Below, in pieces: positions 26,882 through 34,022 of a stretch of 53,052 nt of DNA; position 1 is the stretch's first letter, and each line of letters opens with the position of its first letter. Origin of the DNA: Dehalococcoidia bacterium UBA6808. Lineage in GTDB: Bacteria > Chloroflexota > Dehalococcoidia > GIF9 > UBA5629. The DNA is taken from assembly GCA_002452695.1 (NCBI GenBank), contig DKFA01000049.1, forward strand, positions 1-53,052, read 5' to 3'. Made by a program: the position numbers and the translations under genes. The notes under the pieces were generated by a model, which saw only the letters and a list, made by a program, of their open reading frames with translations, was not told where the DNA came from and did no database searches.

Positions 26882-27064
26882 TTATTCGGGCTCATCTTTT
26901 CTTAAAGGTTTCAATAAATATTCCAGTCCGTTAAGCTTGATCTCATGGAGAACCGACAGCAGCATGGCGATCCTGCCTCGGGGGAAACCTTTGCTGTGAT
27001 ACCCCACAATGTAATGTTCAGACAGATCACAAAGAATGTAGTCTGCATATTTTCCGTAAGGCAT
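26882..27064 (-). CDS. DUF3820-like small protein
   Basis: MPYGKYADY...LSEHYIVGYHSKGFPRGRIAMLLSVLHEIKLNGLEYLLKPLR resembles the MPFGKYKG...KGFP.G.LG......EIK.NGL pattern. The upstream part of the ORF-track entry runs into tRNA-Pro, so I discarded it. Confidence 0.6.
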   Translation of the reverse strand: MPYGKYADYILCDLSEHYIVGYHSKGFPRGRIAMLLSVLHEIKLNGLEYLLKPLRKDEPE

Positions 27065-27135
27065 TCTGACTGAAGCCAGATCAAGCGATATCGGCGGATC
27101 GCTTGAGATGTGTATATGTACTGAGATTACTAAAG

Positions 27136-27211
27136 TGGTCGGGGTGAGTGGATTCGAACCACCGACTTCATGGTCCCAAACCATGCGCGCTAGCCGCTGC
27201 GCTACACCCCG
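27136..27211 (-). tRNA. tRNA-Pro (anticodon TGG), CCA encoded
   Basis: Acceptor CGGGGTG/CACCCCG, anticodon stem CATGG/CCATG, loop TTTGGGA, T-loop GGTTCGAATCC. Confidence 0.9.
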
Positions 27212-27269
27212 CAGGAAAAGAGTATAGAATCACCAGCTATTGACGTCAAGGGCGCGGCTGGATGAGAAG

Positions 27270-27998
27270 CTACCTGCAATTGGGGCAGATGTCGAAAAAT
27301 CCGACGGGCAGGTCTGCTTTCCTGCGAATATATTCAAGCTGGGCTTCGGGCGCCCAGTAAATGCCGCATTTTGAACACTTCTTCAATTTGAACTCAACTT
27401 TCCAATTATGAATACGGCGTACGCCGTTCTTGTCTTCCATCTTGATGGCATGGGTGGGACAAACATAGTAACATGAGCCGCAGCCGATGCAATCCGTGGC
27501 CTTTTCGAGGAAGGGTGGCGCAGGCTCTTTGCTGATGCCGCGATTGACCAGGCTGATGGCACTGACGCCGACCACCTGCTCACAGGCGCGAACGCAGAGT
27601 CCACAAACAATACAGTCATTCTTCTCCCAATATTCCTGGCGAAATGATGGTTGGGTGACTCCGTATTCAGCAGCAAGGTTTTTAATGACCTCGTTTTCAG
27701 AGCATCTGGCCAGCAGGAGATCAAGCAGCATTTTACGGTTGCGAATGACACGGTCACTGGCGGTCTGCACAATCAAGCCCTCTTCAACAGGATAAAGGCA
27801 GGAGGTCACTATGCGCGTACGCGAGCCCCTGGTTACCTCCACAACGCAGAGGCGGCATGCGCCGTAAGGTTCAATAGCTTCATTATGGCAGAGGGTCGGG
27901 ATCCTGATTCCGTTATCCGTAGCTACCTGCAGCACGGTCCGTCCACGTTCAGCGGTATATTTTTTCCCGTCTATTGTTAAAGTAACTGTTTCACTCAA
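27270..27998 (-). CDS. Fe-S subunit resembling the N-terminal part of NuoG/HydA: [2Fe-2S] plus two [4Fe-4S] motifs plus a C-terminal Cys4; no catalytic domain
   Basis: The 2Fe-2S pattern is CHNEAIEPYGACRLC...C. The ferredoxin motifs are CIVCGLCVRAC and CIGCGSCYYVCP. The terminal pattern is CSKCG...CPNC. At only 242 aa it has no H-cluster or molybdopterin domain. Confidence 0.8.
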   Translation of the reverse strand: MSETVTLTIDGKKYTAERGRTVLQVATDNGIRIPTLCHNEAIEPYGACRLCVVEVTRGSRTRIVTSCLYPVEEGLIVQTASDRVIRNRKMLLDLLLARCSENEVIKNLAAEYGVTQPSFRQEYWEKNDCIVCGLCVRACEQVVGVSAISLVNRGISKEPAPPFLEKATDCIGCGSCYYVCPTHAIKMEDKNGVRRIHNWKVEFKLKKCSKCGIYWAPEAQLEYIRRKADLPVGFFDICPNCR

Positions 27999-29844
27999 TG
28001 CCTACAGCTCCCATCTTACAAATATCATAGCATGTTCGACACTTTATGCACTTGGATTGGTCAAGTATTACGGGTTTCCTCTTTTCAACAAAGGTTATTG
28101 CGTTAGTAGGGCAGGCCTTTACGCACAGGCCACAGCCGGGGCAATTATCCTTGATATAGAAATGGATGAGGGCTTTGCAGACCCCGGCCGGGCATTTTTT
28201 GTCACGGATATGAGCCATGTATTCATCGTGGAAATAATTTATCGTAGTTAGAACTGGATTGGGGGCCGAACTGCCCAGAGCACAGAGAGCGCTGTCCTGC
28301 AGGTGCGCTCCAAGCTCTTTGAGCAAATCAATATCGCTTTCCTGGCCCTTGCCGTCGCAAATATCGTTCAAAATCTGGCGCATGCGCTTGATGCCTTCAC
28401 GGCAGGGAACACATTTACCGCAGGACTCCTCTTCCAGGAAAGTGAGGAAATAACGAGCCACATCGACCATGCAGTTGTCTTCGTCCATTACGATCATGCC
28501 GCCGGAGCCCATCATTGAGCCGGCTTTGGTCAATTCATCGAAATTAACAGGTAGATCGAGCATGCTCTCGGGCAGGCATCCACCGGAAGGTCCGCCGGTT
28601 TGTACAGCCTTGAATTTCTTGCCGTCTCTGATGCCTCCGCCGATATCAAAAATGATGTCGCGCAGCTTAATGCCAAGCGGCACCTCCACCAGACCGGTAT
28701 TATTAACCTTTCCCGTGAGGGAGAAGATCTTGGTGCCGGTGTTGCCGCTTGAACCAATAGCGCTGAACCATTCAGGCCCATTGTTGATAATCAAAGGTAT
28801 ATTGGCCCAGGTTTCAACGTTATTCAGGTCGCTTGGTCTTTCCCAAAGGCCTTTTTCGACGGTGTGAATATATTTAGCCCTCGGCTCGCCGGGTTTGCCT
28901 TCGAGTGAGGCCATTAAGGCGGTCGATTCACCGCAGACAAAAGCCCCTCCACCCCGGTTAATACGGACGTTAAAATCAAATCCTGATCCCAGAATATCTT
29001 TTCCAAGCAGGCCGAGTTTTTCGGCCTGCTGCATGGCAATGGTGATGTTTTTGAGCGCCAGGGGATATTCATTACGAACATAAATGTAGCCCTGGTGAGC
29101 TCCGATGGCATAAGCACCGATGATCAGGCCCTCCAGTACGCTATGGGGATTGCCGCTGAGCAGGCCTTCATTGGCATAGGCGCCCGGGTCTCCTTCGTCG
29201 GCATTGACAATTACATACTTGATATCACCATGGGCGTTGCGGCAAGACTCCCACTTGGCGCCGGTCGGGAAACCACCTCCGCCACGCCCACGTAGACCCG
29301 AGGCTTTGACCATGTCAATGATTTGCTCGGGTTTCAGCTCAAAGAGCGATTTCGAGAGAGCTGAATAACCGCCGATGGCGATATAGTCCTCAATGCTGGT
29401 AGGGTCGATTTTGACGTTGTTGCCAAGAATAATACGCTGCTGCTTCTTATAGAAGGGTATATCTACCTGCGCCTGTATGTTACCAACGCTGTCATTCTTA
29501 AATAGAAGGCGTTCGATAACTATTCTATTAAGCAGGGTTTTTTCGACGATTTCTGGAATATCGTCCACCTGTATCTTCTGGTAAAAAATATTGCCGGGTT
29601 GGATGAGGGCAACCGGCCCGCGTTCACAGAAACCGTGGCAACCGGTAATTCTGAAATCAATCTTGTCAGCAACGCCGCGCTTTTCGATTTCCGTCTTAAA
29701 GGCCTCAACAACAGGATTGCTGCCGTAGGGCCGACAGGCAGTGCCGTTGCAGACTGATATACTGACCTTGCCAGCATCGGCAACTTTACCAAGTTTCTTT
29801 TGCAGCGCTTCCAGAGCTTTAGGAGATTTTAGTTTGCTTGGCAT
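27991..29844 (-). CDS. NuoF/HydB-like NAD(P)H-binding FMN flavoprotein with an N-terminal thioredoxin-like [2Fe-2S] domain and C-terminal 2x[4Fe-4S]
   Basis: FMN/NADH motifs are GRGGGGFPTGAKW and NADEGDPGAY. The N3 cluster motif is SCGKCVPCREG. The N-terminus has CNGTAC...CHGFCE. The C-terminus has CPGCGLCVKACP and CIKCRTCYDIC. Confidence 0.9.
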   Translation of the reverse strand: MPSKLKSPKALEALQKKLGKVADAGKVSISVCNGTACRPYGSNPVVEAFKTEIEKRGVADKIDFRITGCHGFCERGPVALIQPGNIFYQKIQVDDIPEIVEKTLLNRIVIERLLFKNDSVGNIQAQVDIPFYKKQQRIILGNNVKIDPTSIEDYIAIGGYSALSKSLFELKPEQIIDMVKASGLRGRGGGGFPTGAKWESCRNAHGDIKYVIVNADEGDPGAYANEGLLSGNPHSVLEGLIIGAYAIGAHQGYIYVRNEYPLALKNITIAMQQAEKLGLLGKDILGSGFDFNVRINRGGGAFVCGESTALMASLEGKPGEPRAKYIHTVEKGLWERPSDLNNVETWANIPLIINNGPEWFSAIGSSGNTGTKIFSLTGKVNNTGLVEVPLGIKLRDIIFDIGGGIRDGKKFKAVQTGGPSGGCLPESMLDLPVNFDELTKAGSMMGSGGMIVMDEDNCMVDVARYFLTFLEEESCGKCVPCREGIKRMRQILNDICDGKGQESDIDLLKELGAHLQDSALCALGSSAPNPVLTTINYFHDEYMAHIRDKKCPAGVCKALIHFYIKDNCPGCGLCVKACPTNAITFVEKRKPVILDQSKCIKCRTCYDICKMGAVGIE

Positions 29845-29862
29845 ATCTATTATTCTTTATTC

Positions 29863-30309
29863 TTAATATTTTTTGAGCATCGGTTCGACTTTATCATTGG
29901 TCATATGCCCGAAATATTCCTCATCGATCTTAACGACCGGGCCTGTCGCACAGCACCCCATGCAATTGACCGATTCGAGTGTAAATTTACCGTCAGCCGT
30001 GGTACCACCGCGCTTAACATTAAGCTGCCTCTCAAGTGATTCCGCAATGAGTTCGCCTCCGCGAACGTGGCAGGCTGTGCCCAGACATACATTGATGATA
30101 TGCTTGCCCCTTGGCTTAAGGCTGAAGGCACGGAAAAAAGTGGCCATGCTGTAAATCTGGCTCTGAGGAATATCAAGTTTTTTGCTCAGTTTGTTAAGGG
30201 CTTCACGGGGCAGGTAATTATATTCGGCCTGGATATCCTGCAGGATGGAGACAAGCTGACTTTTATCCTTATTATATTTTTTTACGATCTCAGAGACTTT
30301 ATCTTTCAT
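29863..30309 (-). CDS. NuoE/HydC-like thioredoxin-like [2Fe-2S] ferredoxin subunit
   Basis: CLGTACHVRG...CMGCCATGP is the Cys pattern of the 24-kDa subunit family. Length is 148 aa. Confidence 0.9.
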   Translation of the reverse strand: MKDKVSEIVKKYNKDKSQLVSILQDIQAEYNYLPREALNKLSKKLDIPQSQIYSMATFFRAFSLKPRGKHIINVCLGTACHVRGGELIAESLERQLNVKRGGTTADGKFTLESVNCMGCCATGPVVKIDEEYFGHMTNDKVEPMLKKY

Positions 30310-31238
30310 TTGCCCTTTTTCCTCGACGAGAGCATCTTGATTTTCTCATATTCTACGATGACTTTTTGCTGGATCTCGGCAATCTGCTCTTTGGTAAGAT
30401 GGCGGAATCTACCTTGAGCCGTGAGATAGTCCTCGACAGGCCTCAGCTTTGGATAATCAAAGTTCATCTTGTATTCGCCATTCTCGATTTCATAAAGGGG
30501 AAAAACACCAGTCTCAACTGCGAGCCGTCCCATTTTAATGGTATCGCTCGATGGGCAGCGCCAGCCGGTCGGACACACTGAAAGGATATGGATATAAGAA
30601 GGCCCCTTGACCTTCCTGGCCTTCTCTATTTTATACATTATGTCAAATGGATAACTGGAGCAACTGGTAGCAACGTAGGGTATATTGTGCGCTGCGGCGA
30701 TAGCAGCCATGTTTTTCTTCCAGGTGTGCTGTCCCATGCTGACCTTGCCCGAGGGGGCGGTGGTAGTGGATGCGCCGAAAGGCGTTTCGCTGGATCGTTG
30801 AATACCCGTATTCATGTAAGCTTCGTTGTCAAAGCAAACGTAAATGAAATCATGACCCCGTTCAAGCGCGCCGGAGAGGGCCTGCAGTCCGATATCGGCT
30901 GTGGCTCCATCGCCGCCCATGGCCACTACTTTAACATCCTTGATATAGCCATGCTTGCGTTTAAGGGCTTTGAGACCCGATTCAATTCCGGAGGCCACCG
31001 CCGCAGCATTCTCAAACAGCGTATGTATCCAGGAGACCTCCCAAGCAGTTTCAGGAAGCGGAGATGAGATAATCTCCATACAGCCCGTTGCATTGGAGAT
31101 AATAGTGTTACGGCCGAGCGCTTTGCAGACATAGCGTAATGCCAGAACCTCGCCGCAGCCAGAGCAGGCACGGTGCCCTGAAGCGATATATTCCTTGTTT
31201 GTGACTAACTTAGGCACATAAACGCTGAGTGTTTCCAC
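30306..31238 (-). CDS. 2-oxoacid:ferredoxin oxidoreductase, beta (TPP-binding) subunit
   Basis: The motifs CSGCGE, GGDGATADIG and FDNEAYMNTGIQ form the TPP/[4Fe-4S] signature of PorB-type subunits. Confidence 0.9.
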   Translation of the reverse strand: METLSVYVPKLVTNKEYIASGHRACSGCGEVLALRYVCKALGRNTIISNATGCMEIISSPLPETAWEVSWIHTLFENAAAVASGIESGLKALKRKHGYIKDVKVVAMGGDGATADIGLQALSGALERGHDFIYVCFDNEAYMNTGIQRSSETPFGASTTTAPSGKVSMGQHTWKKNMAAIAAAHNIPYVATSCSSYPFDIMYKIEKARKVKGPSYIHILSVCPTGWRCPSSDTIKMGRLAVETGVFPLYEIENGEYKMNFDYPKLRPVEDYLTAQGRFRHLTKEQIAEIQQKVIVEYEKIKMLSSRKKGK

Positions 31239-32413
31239 TATTCTCTCACTCCAAACATAATTATCTCGCCGGTATGGCCTGTCTTGATCTTTTCCAATCC
31301 CAGTTCCACCAGAGCAATAAAATTCTCAGGAGAAATATCACGTCCGCCCAGTCCGCCGATAATTCCGACCACATGCGGTTTTTTCTCCAGCGGATAAAGA
31401 GCTGCTTTAATTTCGGAGCAGACAGGACCGGGACCACCCAGTGAAATCGCCCTGTCCAGCACAATAACATTTTTAGCGCCGGACAGCGCTGCGACCAATT
31501 CCTCGGTTGGGAAAGGCCTCCAAAGGCGAAGGCGCACAAGCCCAACTTTTTTACCGGATTCCTGCATCCTGTCGACAGCCATCATGGCATTTTCACTGAA
31601 ACTACCCATAGTAACCAGCAGAGTATCGCAATTCTCAGTCTTGTATTTCTCAACAGGCAGGTAGTGACGTCCAGTGAGCGCTCCGAATTTTTCCCAAGTT
31701 TCCAGTATGACTTTCTTGGAATTGCGTAAAGCCATATCCAGGGCTTTGCGAGTTTCAAAATAGTAATTGGGCATGGCGAAGCAGCCCATAGTTACTGGAT
31801 TATCGGGATCCAGTGGAGTGGGGTGCACGTACGGCGGCAGGAATTCATTTACCGTTTTCTGATCAAGGAGATAGAACGATTCAATAACATGGGTAGCATG
31901 AAAACCGTCTACATCTACAGCTACTGGTAGCATGACATCCTTGTGTTCAGCGATGCGGAAGGCACAGAGGGTCTGATCGAAAGCCTGCTGGCCGTTTTCA
32001 ACAAAAATATGTATCCAGCCTGCATCCCTGGCCATCATAACGTCGGAATGATCTCCCCAAATACTGAGCTGACCGGACAGCGCACGATTGGCGATAGCCA
32101 TGACAACAGGCAGTCTGAGAGCAGAGGCAACAGTAACTACCTCGTGCATAAGAATCAGGCCCTGTCCGGCCGTAGCGGTGAAAGTTCTGGCGCCGACAGC
32201 GCTGGCGCCGAGACAGGCGCTCATGGCAGAATGCTCAGATTCTACGGGTATATATTCGGCATCGAGCTCACCGTTGGCCACCATCTCAGCCAGGCCTTCC
32301 ACGATGTGGGTCTGGGGTGTGATGGGATAAGCTGCGATAACATCGACATTAGCCAGCTTGACAGCCTGGGCGATGCCGAGCGACGATTCGAGACCAACAC
32401 GTTTTGAAGTCAT
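31238..32413 (-). CDS. 2-oxoacid:ferredoxin oxidoreductase, alpha subunit
   Basis: The PorA-type N-terminus is AAYPITPQT...ESEHSAMSAC.GAS..GAR.FTATAGQGL. Length is 391 aa. Confidence 0.9.
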   Translation of the reverse strand: MTSKRVGLESSLGIAQAVKLANVDVIAAYPITPQTHIVEGLAEMVANGELDAEYIPVESEHSAMSACLGASAVGARTFTATAGQGLILMHEVVTVASALRLPVVMAIANRALSGQLSIWGDHSDVMMARDAGWIHIFVENGQQAFDQTLCAFRIAEHKDVMLPVAVDVDGFHATHVIESFYLLDQKTVNEFLPPYVHPTPLDPDNPVTMGCFAMPNYYFETRKALDMALRNSKKVILETWEKFGALTGRHYLPVEKYKTENCDTLLVTMGSFSENAMMAVDRMQESGKKVGLVRLRLWRPFPTEELVAALSGAKNVIVLDRAISLGGPGPVCSEIKAALYPLEKKPHVVGIIGGLGGRDISPENFIALVELGLEKIKTGHTGEIIMFGVRE

Positions 32414-32415
32414 AT

Positions 32416-33297
32416 TCAGGCTTCCTCAACCATTTTTATTGCCTGGGTCCAGCATTCCCTGGCGCAGATTCCGCAGCCCTTACAGTAAAATAAATCGGCG
32501 CGGAAGAACCCGTCCTTTTGCTGCTTAATGCAGCCTTCGGGGCAAAAGATAGAGCAGATACCGCATTTGATGCACTTACTGTCCAGCCATTCAGGGTGCT
32601 GGGATTTCCAGTTGCCAGTACAAAAAGCCTTAGTATTGCCGACATCAGTGACCACACAACCAACAGGCAATTCATTCCATTTAGGCAGCTTCTCGACTGC
32701 GAACGATCTGGGTCTCTTATCGCCGCTTGGGGTGATCTCACTGATAACGGTGTTTTCGGCTGCCTGTTTACATGCTTCAAAATTGGATTTAGCGCGTGCC
32801 CCGAACCTTTCTTCCAGAGGTTCGCGCAGCGAGTCGCAATCTATCACTTCTGTGGCCTTTATCAAGGCGCCAAGCATGGTGGTGTTAACGATATTTACAC
32901 CCAGTAATTTTTTAGCGATGGAAGCGGCATCAACCACTGCCAATTTCCAGTCACCACTGAAATCCTGCTGGAGGTCTTCAACCGACCTGGCGCTGTTGAC
33001 GATCAATGTTCCGCCCGGTTTCAGACCGTCCGTGACATTGATCAGCGAGACCAATCCCGGATCAATGACGACCACGATATCCGGTTTGATGATGCCCGAT
33101 CTTTCACGTACAGCCCTATCCGTGCGTATGCGGTTGAAAGCGAGCACGGGGGCCCCTCGCCTTTCGGGCCCGAAGCTGGGAAAAGCCTGGGCATATTTTC
33201 CTTCGTGTATTGCTGCCAGAGCTGTCAATTCTGCTGAGGTAACCGCACCCTGACCTCCCCGGCCATGCCATCTGATTTCAATGATATCGTTTTTCAT
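32416..33297 (-). CDS. 2-oxoacid:ferredoxin oxidoreductase, gamma subunit fused to a delta (2x[4Fe-4S] ferredoxin) domain
   Basis: The gamma-type N-terminus is IRWHGRGGQGAVT...FGPERRGAP. The C-terminus has CIKCGICSIFCPEGC and CKGCGICARECW. Confidence 0.88.
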   Translation of the reverse strand: MKNDIIEIRWHGRGGQGAVTSAELTALAAIHEGKYAQAFPSFGPERRGAPVLAFNRIRTDRAVRERSGIIKPDIVVVIDPGLVSLINVTDGLKPGGTLIVNSARSVEDLQQDFSGDWKLAVVDAASIAKKLLGVNIVNTTMLGALIKATEVIDCDSLREPLEERFGARAKSNFEACKQAAENTVISEITPSGDKRPRSFAVEKLPKWNELPVGCVVTDVGNTKAFCTGNWKSQHPEWLDSKCIKCGICSIFCPEGCIKQQKDGFFRADLFYCKGCGICARECWTQAIKMVEEA

Positions 33298-33343
33298 ATA
33301 TCTGCCAGATACCTATCAGTTTATATAGATTTATGGGACAATG

Positions 33344-33415
<72 letters not shown>

Positions 33416-33530
33416 AAAGTTGCTTCATAAAAGAACTCGATGAAGCTCCGGGTACACCGTAGAGTGTTAGTATAACAATTTTAATTTTCAGTTTGCAAAT
33501 CGGGATTACTCACCCGCCTATAGAGATACG

Positions 33531-33998
33531 CTATTCGACATTCTCACATTCCCCCGTCTTGATCAGAAGTACAGGTACGGTAACAGCACGCAGGACCTTT
33601 TCAGCAACGCTGCCCCAGAACCACCTTGTTATACCAGATCGTCCATGGGTAGCCATGATGATCAGATCAACATGGTTATCATCGACATATTCAATCAGGG
33701 TCTCAGCGGGCTTGCCGGAAAGGATCACATTATCAGCTTTGATGCCTGATTTCTTGAGCCTTTCAACCATGCCATCGAGGTATTTATGCATCTCTTTTTT
33801 AACGCTGTTGTTGATCTCTTTGAGGTCTTCATCGCTGATGGCGATCTTGCCCCGTGTGGGTAGGTCAACAGGTTCAATAATGCTGATCAATTCCACACTG
33901 GCAGCCACCGGTAAGGCGATGGCTTCAACATGCGGGATGACACATTCTGCCAGGGGAGAACCGTCCAGCGGCACCAGTATTTTTTTATACATTAACAA
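33531..33998 (-). CDS. Universal stress protein (UspA family)
   Basis: It starts MYKKILVPLDGS and contains the ATP-binding motif ATHGRSG...GSVAEKV. Confidence 0.88.
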   Translation of the reverse strand: MLMYKKILVPLDGSPLAECVIPHVEAIALPVAASVELISIIEPVDLPTRGKIAISDEDLKEINNSVKKEMHKYLDGMVERLKKSGIKADNVILSGKPAETLIEYVDDNHVDLIIMATHGRSGITRWFWGSVAEKVLRAVTVPVLLIKTGECENVE

Positions 33999-34022
33999 CC
34001 CTCCACGATCCTATTATAGCTT

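Noticed and set aside
23626-27211. Possible genomic island integrated at tRNA-Pro, based on the lower-GC genes, the gene remnant at one end and the tRNA at the other.
   Set aside because: The segment contains no integrase, recombinase or mobility gene. I could not find a direct repeat of the tRNA-Pro 3' end at the distal boundary. YwbE and DUF3820-like genes are ordinary small conserved genes. I kept only the narrower observations (the fragment and the lipoprotein pair).
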